From positions 4,992,001 through 5,056,000 of the forward strand of contig OY970368.1 of assembly GCA_963718615.1 (NCBI GenBank): a stretch of DNA of 64,000 bases, in the 5' to 3' direction. The position numbers and the translations under genes are program-made. The notes under the pieces were generated by a model. It was not told where the DNA came from, did not search any database, and was given only the letters and a program-made list of their open reading frames with translations. Origin of the DNA: an uncultured cyanobacterium (GTDB lineage Bacteria > Cyanobacteriota > Cyanobacteriia > PCC-9006 > JAAUQQ01). Of this stretch, positions 1-9,652 are shown in pieces (the stretch's first letter is position 1; each line of letters starts with the position of its first letter).

Positions 1-405
1 ATTAAATCCCGCGAGATCTACGAAACACCAGCCCTGCTCACGCTCATCTTGGCCCACCGCGATCTGGAAAGCCTGACGCTGACGTCCGACGTGAGCCACT
101 ACAAGCGCCATATCGAAGATTCCTACGGCCAGATGATTTACAACGGCCTCTGGTACAGCCCGCTCAAGGCCGCGCTCGACGGCTTTGTCCAAAAGACCCA
201 GGAGCGAGTAACGGGAACGGTCCGGGTGAAGCTGTTCAAGGGCAACGCCATCATGGCAGGGCGCAAGTCTGAAAAATCGTTGTACAGCGAAGAAATGGCA
301 ACCTACGGTGCCGAGGACCAGTTCGACCACAAAGCAGCGGAAGGCTTTATCTATATTTGGGGCATGTCTACCCGGATTTGGTCCAACAAAGTCCGCCAAG
401 GCTAA
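1..405 (+). CDS. argG: argininosuccinate synthase, C-terminal part (5' end outside window)
   Basis: Frame open from position 1 ([10 protein letters not shown]...); [20 protein letters not shown] and [10 protein letters not shown] are ArgG C-terminal motifs. Confidence 0.95.
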   Translation: MKSREIYETPALLTLILAHRDLESLTLTSDVSHYKRHIEDSYGQMIYNGLWYSPLKAALDGFVQKTQERVTGTVRVKLFKGNAIMAGRKSEKSLYSEEMATYGAEDQFDHKAAEGFIYIWGMSTRIWSNKVRQG

Positions 406-435
406 AGAGCCAGCGACCCACAGCCTGTAATTTGT

Positions 436-459
436 GTAGGGACGAACCGCCGTTCGTCC
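436..459. repeat. GTAG-type REP-like palindrome (partial)
   Basis: GTAGGGACGAA-CCGCCG-TTCGTCC between convergent argG and dedA; fuller copy at 48909-48936. Confidence 0.6.
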
Positions 460-484
460 TTTTCTAGTCTTCCTTATCCTAGTT

Positions 485-1108
485 TTAGGTGCTGGGATTT
501 TGCTTAAGGCGTTGTTCAATCACCCAATACAAACCCAAGCCCCCCACAATCGCCAGTGCCACCAGACCAAACTGCGAAACCCAAGTCAGCAACTGCTCTA
601 GAGGCACCAAGCGCCCGACAAAAAAGGCCAGGGAAACCATGGCGATCGCCCAAACCGCTGCCCCTGCCGCATTAAAAATCAAAAACTTCCCATAGGGCAT
701 CCCCGCGATGCCAGCGAGCGGCCCCGCAAAAATCCGTAGCAGCGTGATAAACCGTCCCAGAAAAACCGCTTGACCGGAATTTTTACTAAATTTGTCCTTG
801 GCTTGGTTGAGCTGCTCTTCAGAAATGTTGAACCAATGGCCCACCCGTCGGAGCAAGGACCATCCCCCCCATTTGCCGAGCCAGTAGCCGAAGTTATCAC
901 CCACAATCGCCCCTGCGATCGCACTGGCCAAAACCCCTCCATAGGTCAACTCACCATTACCAGCCAGAAAGCCTCCGACCAAAGTAATCGTCTCCCCTGG
1001 AATAGGAAGACCTGTGTTTTCTAACAGTACACCTGACAAAACGGCCCAATATCCGTATTGCTCGGCAAGCTGCTGAACAAAATCCAGCGAAATGACCTCT
1101 AGGGACAT
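485..1108 (-). CDS. DedA family membrane protein
   Basis: LENTGLPIPGE, GAIVGDNFGYWLG, FLGRFITLLR motifs; ATG at 1108 preferred over the ORF-track start at 1135. Confidence 0.92.
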   Translation of the reverse strand: MSLEVISLDFVQQLAEQYGYWAVLSGVLLENTGLPIPGETITLVGGFLAGNGELTYGGVLASAIAGAIVGDNFGYWLGKWGGWSLLRRVGHWFNISEEQLNQAKDKFSKNSGQAVFLGRFITLLRIFAGPLAGIAGMPYGKFLIFNAAGAAVWAIAMVSLAFFVGRLVPLEQLLTWVSQFGLVALAIVGGLGLYWVIEQRLKQNPST

Positions 1109-1321
1109 GGGGCTTAATTGTACAAATTGATACAAAGAACATCCTAGCGAGCTTCAGGATTAGTCTCAAGGTCGCTTTTACGGAACTGGAACCCAAGAAA
1201 CCGTCAGCACCTATGGGCACTTACGGGAATATACAAAGCTTTCCCAGCCTAATCCGTTCAACCGGATATTCCTTGTCTTTTAGAAGACCAATCTAGAGTT
1301 TGGGCTTCCAGTTCGGGGGTT

Positions 1322-1867
1322 CTAGATTTGAGGTTGTAGTGCAGCGCCAAATCGAGGGAACGAAGGCAGATCAACCCCACTCGGACTGGCATTACGATTG
1401 CGCACCGCGAGGCGATAGCTCACACTTTGCAGTTCTGCGTGGAGACGGCGATTTTCCTTCTGGAGCTGGCTGACGCGATCGCGCACCGTAGCCAGCCGTT
1501 CCGCAAATTTCTTGCGATAGACATTGGGGAGCTCTTGCACCACCTGTTCTAGCATGCGCGAGCGATCGGTCAACTCATGGACCGACTGACGCAGTTGAAA
1601 AATTTCAGCATCGCGATCGGAAATTTCGCTCTGATAATCCCCCACCTGCTGCTCTAGGCTTTGGAGCTGCTCTCGCAGCTTACGCACCTCGGCCTTATGC
1701 TTCTCGGACATTTCTAGCCCCGGCGCGGCACTCGCGTTGCCTTTCACTAAGCGAAAGAGCTCCTGAGACAATTGCTGCACGAGCTGATCACGCACCTCTA
1801 GCTCACCCTTAAGCCGGGTCACTTCCGTTTTGAGGTTGTGGGTATTGAGCGCTTCCGTCTGAATCAC
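1322..1867 (-). CDS. conserved cyanobacterial coiled-coil protein (Npun_F5560-like)
   Basis: Long heptad pattern with RDQLVQQLSQELFRLVKGN and LHAELQSVSYRLA, recognised from conserved cyanobacterial hypotheticals. Confidence 0.7.
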   Translation of the reverse strand: MIQTEALNTHNLKTEVTRLKGELEVRDQLVQQLSQELFRLVKGNASAAPGLEMSEKHKAEVRKLREQLQSLEQQVGDYQSEISDRDAEIFQLRQSVHELTDRSRMLEQVVQELPNVYRKKFAERLATVRDRVSQLQKENRRLHAELQSVSYRLAVRNRNASPSGVDLPSFPRFGAALQPQI

Positions 1868-2098
1868 GTCTTTCTCTACTCCGAATCAATGGGGCCTGAT
1901 GGGGGATTGATAGGTTGATCTCAAAGCCTAATCTCAAAGCTTGATCAAATAATCTAGGGCAATAGATTTAGGGCAATCGGCAGCGTTTGTCAACTAAAAC
2001 CCCTAGTTGCCGCCCACTGTATCACCTGATCCTGGAATTGGCACCCATCCGAGAAAAGTTTTTGCTCCGGTTCATTCCCCTAGGGGCGTGGGCGGGTC

Positions 2099-4690
2099 TT
2101 AGCCCTCTCCCTTCTCCCTCAGCATCGCCCCTTTCCGCTGACGACCATATAAAGGCACGGGGGTCGGCTCTGGCTCATTACCCGCAGTGACTTCGTCAAC
2201 AGTTACCTCATTAACGGTTACCTCATTAACGGCTACCTCATCAAGGATCGGTGGCTCTAAAGCTGCCGTTGGACTCGCAAGCGGATCAGCCAAAGTCCCT
2301 GCACCAATCACATCATCAATCCCCGCCGGATTCAGCAACGCAATCGGCTCGCCCACGGTATCCCGTGCCGCTAAGTAGCCAAGAGCATAGGACATGGGCA
2401 CCATGGTTTCAAAAATCGTGAACTCCGTCACTGGCGGCAATAAAAACACATCCAAATAGGTTTCTAGGGTGGGCCAGTCATAGACATTCGGGAATATGTC
2501 CTGACTCACCTGCTCCAGAAGGGGATATTGCCCCAAAATAGACAGATCATTGGGTCCATAGAGCGTAATCCCTGGGGGGGGCTCGACCCCTAAATTCCGG
2601 GAATCAAAAATCAACGGGTTTTGAGGGTTGCGCGTCCCTAACCCAGTCGTATAAGTCATGTTGTCCGGATTGGCCCCGACGGCAACCTGAGTCCCCAAAA
2701 TCCCGTAAGTCAAGAAATTCTGGTTCCCCGTCAGATAATGGGCACGGAGCAGGGTTTGCACATTGGGGGACCCTAAGGCTCCGCCCCAGGTAGTTGCTTC
2801 AAAGCCATTATCTTGAGTCCAGTTAAAGCTGCCATATTCGGAGAAGAACGCAGACTCCGTCGCCTCTAGGACCGTTGCATTGATGGCGTTTTGCTTAACA
2901 TTGGCATCCTGCCCCACAAAATCCATACGGGCATAGAGGAAAGCAGCTTCTCGCTGATTATGGCTATCAAACAAATAAAGGCTACTATCGGCCTCTTTGA
3001 AAGCCGTGGTCTCTAGAAAAATGTTATGCCAACGAACATCCTCGGTATCCTGAAACAGGGACAGGGCCGCAAGGTTACGGGCATCCCTGACCTCCGAAAT
3101 CGTCAGATAGGGGGCGGACTCTCGCTCGGCATAGTCCATAGCCCGGAGAGCGCTGTCAAGATAGATCTGGGCGAGAGTAGGATCGTAGCTCCCTAAGGCA
3201 TGGGCCGCCTGGGCGGCGGTGGCGGCGTAGAGATAGCTAGACCAGGGGTCTGGCGCATAGGCAAAAATTTTCTGGGATTCTTGCCAACTGGCTTCGCCTG
3301 CACGGGGATGATTAGCTGACTCAATCCCGCCGGGAATCCCACCGTCGCTCTTCTGCAATCGGCGGAATAAGTCCAGCCCCCACAGGGCTTCGTCGAGGAG
3401 ATCCGGGAGTTGATTATTAGACTCAGGGATATTAAGACCAAACGAGGAATAGTAACTGGGGAAGAGATCCAGCAACTCTAAAAATGAGCGGCTAGAGTCT
3501 AGATGCTGAATTCGGCGGTCCCAATCTCCTGCGTCGTAGTAGCCCCCCCAGGCGTCGGGCAAAACTTCATCGCTGGCCCGAGCCACCAGGGTCTCAAAAA
3601 TGCCATCCGCTGTGATATTGGGGTCGAAGGTGACCTCTAGGAGCGTTGTGTAGGATTGTTGAACCACAACCCCATCGGCGGGATTGAAGGCGCGGGGTCT
3701 GGAGTAGTCGGTGTAGGGTTCTTCTAGGGCGATGCCGCTACGCTGATGATAGAATCCCCGTGCTGAGATGTAGAAGGCTTCATCCCACACCATAAGATCG
3801 GCGACTTCGAAGGGCATGGAGCAGCCAATGCCGTCCACACAAATGCGGTATTCACCGGCCTGCTGAAAATCGGTGAAGTCTAGGAGGTAGGTGTTGGTGA
3901 GGGCATAGTTTTGGCCTTTGGTGGGTTCACTCACATTCGCAGGCTTGCCGAGTTTGCTGAAACCTTCGTAAACCTTCTCCCCGGTGGTGGTGTCTATAAG
4001 CCAGAATGGCAGACCGTCTTGGTAATCTAAGCCTCCCCCATTCCCCATCCAGGTGGATAAATAGGCAATTTTGGCGGGGTCGTCAGGCCGGAAGCCTACT
4101 TGATTGACATGAATGGCTTCGGTCTCGCTGGTATTGGGGTCGAACTGAAAGGTTAGGTCTGGGAGGCGATCGCCATTGATATCAATCTCATAGGTTTGCA
4201 GCGGCGCTAAGACGCTCGGCAAATCAAGATAGATCGTATGAGAAAAGAGATACTCACTCCCTAGGGCCGTGACTTGGGCGCTATCGATGGGCTTACTTTT
4301 GCGAAATACAAATTCAGGATTAGCCCCGACTGTATAGTTGGCGTCGGTGGTAGAAGTCACCTGATAGGAGAGGGGGTTGTCTGCGATCGCCGTATCCAAC
4401 GGTGCGCCCACAAGCTGATCCAACGTTCGCAGGATCGACTGATCGCTCCCAACCAGGTAACCCAGGTCTTCATCATTGCGAACGACCCAGAAGTCTACGC
4501 CATTGGTTTGAACGGTGTCATTGGATTCGGGAACATAGGGAACTTGCGATCCAAACAGGATACTTCCCGCTTGGATTTGAATGGCTAAAATATCAGGCCG
4601 GACTAGATATGTCTGAGTAACAGTGAGGCCACTATCTTGTAGGGTGCTACTGGCTTGAAAGTCCAATGGTTGGAGTTCCGATGAGGTCAC
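2099..4690 (-). CDS. glycoside hydrolase family 9 (endoglucanase-like) with N-terminal Ig-like domain
   Basis: IHVNQVGFRP (CelD-N Ig-like domain), FYHQRSG, GGYYDAGDW, GANPDNMTYTTGLG, terminal EFTI motif. Confidence 0.85.
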   Translation of the reverse strand: MTSSELQPLDFQASSTLQDSGLTVTQTYLVRPDILAIQIQAGSILFGSQVPYVPESNDTVQTNGVDFWVVRNDEDLGYLVGSDQSILRTLDQLVGAPLDTAIADNPLSYQVTSTTDANYTVGANPEFVFRKSKPIDSAQVTALGSEYLFSHTIYLDLPSVLAPLQTYEIDINGDRLPDLTFQFDPNTSETEAIHVNQVGFRPDDPAKIAYLSTWMGNGGGLDYQDGLPFWLIDTTTGEKVYEGFSKLGKPANVSEPTKGQNYALTNTYLLDFTDFQQAGEYRICVDGIGCSMPFEVADLMVWDEAFYISARGFYHQRSGIALEEPYTDYSRPRAFNPADGVVVQQSYTTLLEVTFDPNITADGIFETLVARASDEVLPDAWGGYYDAGDWDRRIQHLDSSRSFLELLDLFPSYYSSFGLNIPESNNQLPDLLDEALWGLDLFRRLQKSDGGIPGGIESANHPRAGEASWQESQKIFAYAPDPWSSYLYAATAAQAAHALGSYDPTLAQIYLDSALRAMDYAERESAPYLTISEVRDARNLAALSLFQDTEDVRWHNIFLETTAFKEADSSLYLFDSHNQREAAFLYARMDFVGQDANVKQNAINATVLEATESAFFSEYGSFNWTQDNGFEATTWGGALGSPNVQTLLRAHYLTGNQNFLTYGILGTQVAVGANPDNMTYTTGLGTRNPQNPLIFDSRNLGVEPPPGITLYGPNDLSILGQYPLLEQVSQDIFPNVYDWPTLETYLDVFLLPPVTEFTIFETMVPMSYALGYLAARDTVGEPIALLNPAGIDDVIGAGTLADPLASPTAALEPPILDEVAVNEVTVNEVTVDEVTAGNEPEPTPVPLYGRQRKGAMLREKGEG

Positions 4691-5482
4691 TGGCGTTGCT
4701 CTCCATCAAACAAAGGCATTAACGGTATTAAAGGCATTCAACAAAGGCTCGTGAGGCCCAGCCTTAAGGTCGGTACATTGACGCCTGACCTAAACTCTGC
4801 ACAAAAAGAAAAATGCAAAATAGCAAAATGCAGCCCACAAGGCTGCATTACAAATCTCGCTATTTGAGGTGGAAAAATCATCCACGAAAAAAGACAAATG
4901 GTGAGAGATAGTAACTCGAAAATGCCTTTCGCTTGGTACATGCAAATGCGGAACGGCTATGAGTCCTAAATCTAGCAAGTCTAAGTTTTTTAGCTTTTAT
5001 CAGGCCCTGACACAATTTCAATTTAGCGATAAAACTCAGGTCTTGTCAAATCATCTTTAAACAGACAAATTCCTGATCTAGAAATGAGTCATTGGTTGGC
5101 CACTAGGGGTAGATTGCTATCATAAGTCCGGTGACAGAAAGCTAATGTTAAGTAGGCTTAAGCTATTTGAGCAAAAGTATAATTTCATCCATAAATAAAG
5201 ACAAAATACTAGTTCTCTTGGCACATTGGTTTAGGTTATAAAGCTATTTTCTTCGAGCAGTTTCTAGCAAGTTGAGAAGTACTTAACTCCGCCGATCTAG
5301 ACCATTCTCTATGTATAAAAAACACCCAAAATCCCAAAAGCACATTTTTTAAGGCATGGGTAAGGCATAAAAAAATTCGGTCGAAGCCGACATTTTCGAC
5401 CTTCGACCGATTGAGAACTGGTACAGATCGAGCCTGGGGACGCATTTCGTCTTTCCGCAGGCTCAGCAACATCCCTCACCCC

Positions 5483-6604
5483 CTAGGAAGTCGTGTCTTC
5501 CCCGCCCCCGCTGGGATTGGGTTCGTAGCAGCGCCCTTGAGTGTCCGTAAATTCGACTTTTATTGTGTGTAGAGCGTCAATCAAATTCCCAGATTCATCT
5601 TTATCATTCCCTGGCTCAAAGGTCTGGGCCTCAATAGCTTTGATAGCCTCTTGATTCAAATACTCATATCCTGTACTTTGCATTGTATCCACAGAGGTTG
5701 GCTGCCCCCCCTCAGAAGAAACGCGAGCAACAAAGATGCCCATACGAGTGCTGGTGGGACATTTTCGATCTGGAAACTGAAGGCTCAAGGCTTCTTGGAG
5801 TGGCATTGGTTTACCCGGTCTGTTTTTTGTTATCTCGGAAATGAAATTCGAGTCGTCACCTTCGTCTAAAGCCTCGCTACCATCGCCTGGGTATCGCGCC
5901 CGTAGTTCTGCCGTACGAGATGCAATCACGTCTTCCGCACTGCTCAACGTCGGCTGAGGCGGAACGGGGGGGGGGGCTGGAGCTGGGGAAGGCTCAGGGT
6001 CGCTCCCGTTAGGCTGAGGCGGCTCGTTTGTCTCATCAGGCAAGGCAGCGATTGGCGGCGGTGAATTGTCAATCATCGAGTTGTCGATGGGCGGTAGCGG
6101 CTGGGTTGGGCTACTCGACACCGAAAAACTACCGCTCAAATCCAATGCCGTTACCGGAGGTGCGGGTGGGAGGCTCACATTGCCATTGGACCCTCCGCCG
6201 TTATCCATGGGAATCGGAAAGAACAAATCCGACGATGGGCTCAAAACCCCTGCGGACAGGGGTTCATCCAGATTGAAGTTATACATTTCCCCGAGGGGAG
6301 GCTGGTCGGGAACCGGCAGCGGCGGCAGATTATTTTGACTCACCAGCGGATTTTGAAAATTTTGGGGATTGAGCTCACCCCCCTGCTGCACCGCATCTGG
6401 GAGACGAGCCATATCCTGGGGAGACAGCTCAACCACACCAACCGACTTGGGCTCTTCGGGGCAATCGCTCCCGAGGGACAACAACGGCACCGCAGCGAAC
6501 AAAACCCCATGCAGCCCAACGGAGAGGGCAGTCGCAATGAAGATGGGCTGACGAACACGCTCGGACCAGCTTTTCGAAGCAGAGTAGAGGGGGACCATGG
6601 CCAT
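5483..6604 (-). CDS. TonB-like energy transducer
   Basis: N-terminal TM with SVGLH (SxxxH), long Pro-rich linker, C-terminal STGYEYLNQEAIKAI TonB-C motif. Confidence 0.75.
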   Translation of the reverse strand: MAMVPLYSASKSWSERVRQPIFIATALSVGLHGVLFAAVPLLSLGSDCPEEPKSVGVVELSPQDMARLPDAVQQGGELNPQNFQNPLVSQNNLPPLPVPDQPPLGEMYNFNLDEPLSAGVLSPSSDLFFPIPMDNGGGSNGNVSLPPAPPVTALDLSGSFSVSSSPTQPLPPIDNSMIDNSPPPIAALPDETNEPPQPNGSDPEPSPAPAPPPVPPQPTLSSAEDVIASRTAELRARYPGDGSEALDEGDDSNFISEITKNRPGKPMPLQEALSLQFPDRKCPTSTRMGIFVARVSSEGGQPTSVDTMQSTGYEYLNQEAIKAIEAQTFEPGNDKDESGNLIDALHTIKVEFTDTQGRCYEPNPSGGGEDTTS

Positions 6605-6728
6605 GGGAATCTAGGAGGGCACACAGGCGAGAGGGTTGGCGGAGGGTTGGGGGCATCCTCTAGAAGCCCCTGCAAAAGCAGCACCCTTCAGCGTAGACAA
6701 GCCGCTAGTACACCTGGGACAGCATCAG

Positions 6729-6750
6729 AAATTGCGATCCTATTCTAATA
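6729..6750. promoter_or_regulatory. possible Fur-box-like operator upstream of tonB-like gene
   Basis: AT-rich imperfect palindrome AATTGCGATCCTATTCTAATAA ~130 bp upstream of the start; context-based only. Confidence 0.25.
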
Positions 6751-7144
6751 ACTGAGCCCACCTTTGGGGTGCAAGGGCGCAGCAGCTCTCATACATTGAC
6801 GGTACTTCCCCCTACCAAGTTGCTATTTCTCAAAAACTTATCCTTTTTCAGGACAAGAAAGATTTTATACAAAAACTAAATTAGACTAAACCTGACTAAA
6901 ATGATTAGCGAAATCCTCTGGATATCTTCTAAATAAAGATTTTTACCATCGTCTATGGGTGCGATCGCCCTCTTTTCATCCCCCGTGTTTCCACTCTGTT
7001 TCAACGGGGTACTCTAGAAATTAAGACTCTAAAAAACCGTGAAACAACCGTGGCATCCCCTCTCTCCCGCCGGGATTGCTGTGACACCTCCACAAACTGG
7101 CACAACTTGAACCGCTCTTTTGACTCAACAACGGATATTATCTA

Positions 7145-7226
7145 GTGGTGTGAGGAGTGAAAGTTCGAGTGAAAAAACCTCTGGAGTCGAAACACGGCCA
7201 GACGCCCAGGGGTTTTTTCTTTTTTC
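7145..7226 (+). ncRNA. Yfr2-family cyanobacterial small RNA (putative)
   Basis: 5' GTGTGAGGAGT (complement of the Yfr1 core ACTCCTCACAC), GAAACACGG inside a long hairpin ending in a U-tract, TATTAT -10-like box at 7136-7141. Confidence 0.6.
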
Positions 7227-7291
7227 AAATTTCCGGCAATGCCGGAAATTTTAGATTTTTAAGCTTCTATCCATCGACAGTCTGAGTTGCT

Positions 7292-8869
7292 TTAAGGCTT
7301 GCGCAATCGGTCAACCAGCCTCTGGCAGCCAGCGACAACCCCTAGACTGAGCCAAAGCAGGCCATCGCCCCAGTGACTGTAAGGGGTTTGCGATCGCCGC
7401 AGTTCAACCCTTTCGGCGTGGCTAACCCAGGTGCTGGGAAGGGCACGCCATTTTTGCTGGCCATGGGGGGTAATAAAGCCGGAATAGCCGGTATTCGCCG
7501 CTCGAATCACCCAACGATCATTCTCGATCGCCCGCATCACATCATGGGCTTCGCTTTGGGCCATCAGCACTTCGCTATAGGGATCGAGATTGGCACTGCT
7601 CAGAATCAGCCTTGCCCCTTGGGCGACCTGACGGCGGGCGATCGCAGCAAAAGCGGGCTCATAGCAGATTTCAACGGCAACGCTGCCCCACGGCGTTCGG
7701 AAGGACTGCTGGGGGAATCCTGGAACCATACTCTCCGGTAAGGGAGAAAGCTGTTCGAGCCAACGACCCAGACTCCGGGCTAAAGGAATGTATTCTCCCA
7801 AGGGAACCAACCGAACCTTGTTATAGCGGCTGCTGGGCTGCTGAGGGGTCTGGGGATTGAGATTAAACAGACTTTGGGTATAGCCCGCACCCAGCCTCTC
7901 AACCGAAGAGTCCGCCCAGCCAAAGGCTCCGACCCAGGCAGTGGTGTTATTCTGGGCGATCGCCCGGTTCAGCGGTTCAGTGCGGTTGTCCTGGGCATCC
8001 CAAACAAAAGGGAACGCCCCCTCCGGCATCAAAACGGCGTCGGCTTGCAGGGCTGCCAGTTGCTCAAAACTTTCGGTATAACGAACTAACGCTTGCTCAA
8101 TCCCCTGAGGCGTGAGTTTGATACGAGTGGGAATATTGCCCTGAATGATGCCGATTTGGAGAGTTTCTCTGGCGGGGTTGAGCCCTGGCGAATCGGCTTG
8201 AGCGGAAGTCATCGCCCAAAGGCTCCCCAGTCCCTGAAGGGTCAGCCAGAGGCAGAGGGCAATGGCACCCCAAGCACGACGGTGGGCGCGGTGGGCAGAG
8301 GAGAGGGCGATCGCCCCATAGCCATTCACCGCCACAATCGCCGCCGTAATCAGCAGGGGTCCACCCCAGCGACCCAAATGTAAGAGGGCAAGATTACCGG
8401 GACTCTGGGTCAAGGCCAAGGGATTCCAAAACAGCGGGCTCCAGCTCCAAAGCGTATCCAACAGCACCCACAGGGCAGCCCCCGCGATCACCCGCCCAGC
8501 AGCAGACCCATTAGATCCAAGGCAATGCAGGATGCGGGTCCAGAGCACGACGGCTAGAGTCCCCCAGGCTGTGACCGCCAGCCAACAGACCAGCGTAATC
8601 CCAACACTGGCCCCCCCAGGAATCCCCATCCAGGTCAGCGGGTGCAGCCCCCAAAGCCAGTGCAGCGTCCAGCCGTGATACACCGCCCCCCAGATCAGCG
8701 CTATCCGCCAATGACCCCGCAAAACCCCCCAATCCCAAAGGGGCACCAACGCCACCCAAGCCAAGGGCCAGAGGCTATAGGGTGGGGCCGCCAAGGCCAT
8801 GGCCAATCCACCAAAGCCTGCCATGGCCCAAGGTTGTCCCGAAAGTTTTCTTAAAGAACCTGTAACCAT
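7292..8869 (-). CDS. lnt: apolipoprotein N-acyltransferase
   Basis: Multi-TM N-terminus; IQGNIP, MPEGA, YNKVRLVPLGEYIP, ICYE (E-K-C triad), RAIENDR, RAANTGYS. Confidence 0.95.
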   Translation of the reverse strand: MVTGSLRKLSGQPWAMAGFGGLAMALAAPPYSLWPLAWVALVPLWDWGVLRGHWRIALIWGAVYHGWTLHWLWGLHPLTWMGIPGGASVGITLVCWLAVTAWGTLAVVLWTRILHCLGSNGSAAGRVIAGAALWVLLDTLWSWSPLFWNPLALTQSPGNLALLHLGRWGGPLLITAAIVAVNGYGAIALSSAHRAHRRAWGAIALCLWLTLQGLGSLWAMTSAQADSPGLNPARETLQIGIIQGNIPTRIKLTPQGIEQALVRYTESFEQLAALQADAVLMPEGAFPFVWDAQDNRTEPLNRAIAQNNTTAWVGAFGWADSSVERLGAGYTQSLFNLNPQTPQQPSSRYNKVRLVPLGEYIPLARSLGRWLEQLSPLPESMVPGFPQQSFRTPWGSVAVEICYEPAFAAIARRQVAQGARLILSSANLDPYSEVLMAQSEAHDVMRAIENDRWVIRAANTGYSGFITPHGQQKWRALPSTWVSHAERVELRRSQTPYSHWGDGLLWLSLGVVAGCQRLVDRLRKP

Positions 8870-8926
8870 GGACTAGAATCACGACGCATGTTATCTAATG
8901 GCTGAATCCCGCACGCTCCTATCGCC

Positions 8927-9619
8927 ATGGCCTCCTTAGAAGTCCTCATTGTCATTATCTACGTCACCTTTGCGGTCTACGTTCTCTATCGAGCGAGAAA
9001 GTCCTATTTGGCAGATAAGGCAGCAAGGCGCGCTAAGGCCAAAGCGGGCTTGATTTATATCACACCGGACCAAGAGGGGCTCAACAAAGCGCTCGACGAG
9101 CAACTGGCTCCGCTAGCCCTTAAGGACTACCTGGACATTACCCTAAGCAGCGGTATCACCGCCGATGACAAGGTCAATTTGCTCTCCCTCAAAATCGACA
9201 ATCGCTCAACCACCTATGCGGTTTATCTCAATTGGAAGGAAAGCTGGCTGACCAATGCGCGGAATCAGAGTCGGTCGATCGCCCGGATCACCCCCAGCGA
9301 TGGCAGTTTTTCCCAGGATGCCAGCATGGTGCCGCCGGGGCGATCGCTCCAAGAATTCTTTAGCGTCCTCACCGCTGAGGGACCTCAGCCCCTACCCGAG
9401 GCACTTGCACTCCACATCCTGCGGCAGGAAGGCAAAGCCGACAATCCTTCAGCCAAGGTACTCCTCTCGCTATCCATTCAGCTCAAATCCGTCAGCCAAT
9501 TTAGCCGCAATCATCTGATCGCCGTGAGCTGCCCGATTACGCTGCGACTCCCCAGTGATGACGAAGTGCAGAAATACAGAGAAGAACTCGAAAAGCGCTT
9601 TGCCAAGATGTTTGGCTAA
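8927..9619 (+). CDS. hypothetical protein with N-terminal TM helix
   Basis: 230-aa ORF filling the gap between lnt and the PBP gene; hydrophobic N-terminus. Confidence 0.7.
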   Translation: MASLEVLIVIIYVTFAVYVLYRARKSYLADKAARRAKAKAGLIYITPDQEGLNKALDEQLAPLALKDYLDITLSSGITADDKVNLLSLKIDNRSTTYAVYLNWKESWLTNARNQSRSIARITPSDGSFSQDASMVPPGRSLQEFFSVLTAEGPQPLPEALALHILRQEGKADNPSAKVLLSLSIQLKSVSQFSRNHLIAVSCPITLRLPSDDEVQKYREELEKRFAKMFG

Positions 9620-9652
9620 GAACGCCAGATCAAAAACGCTTCGTACAGGGGA

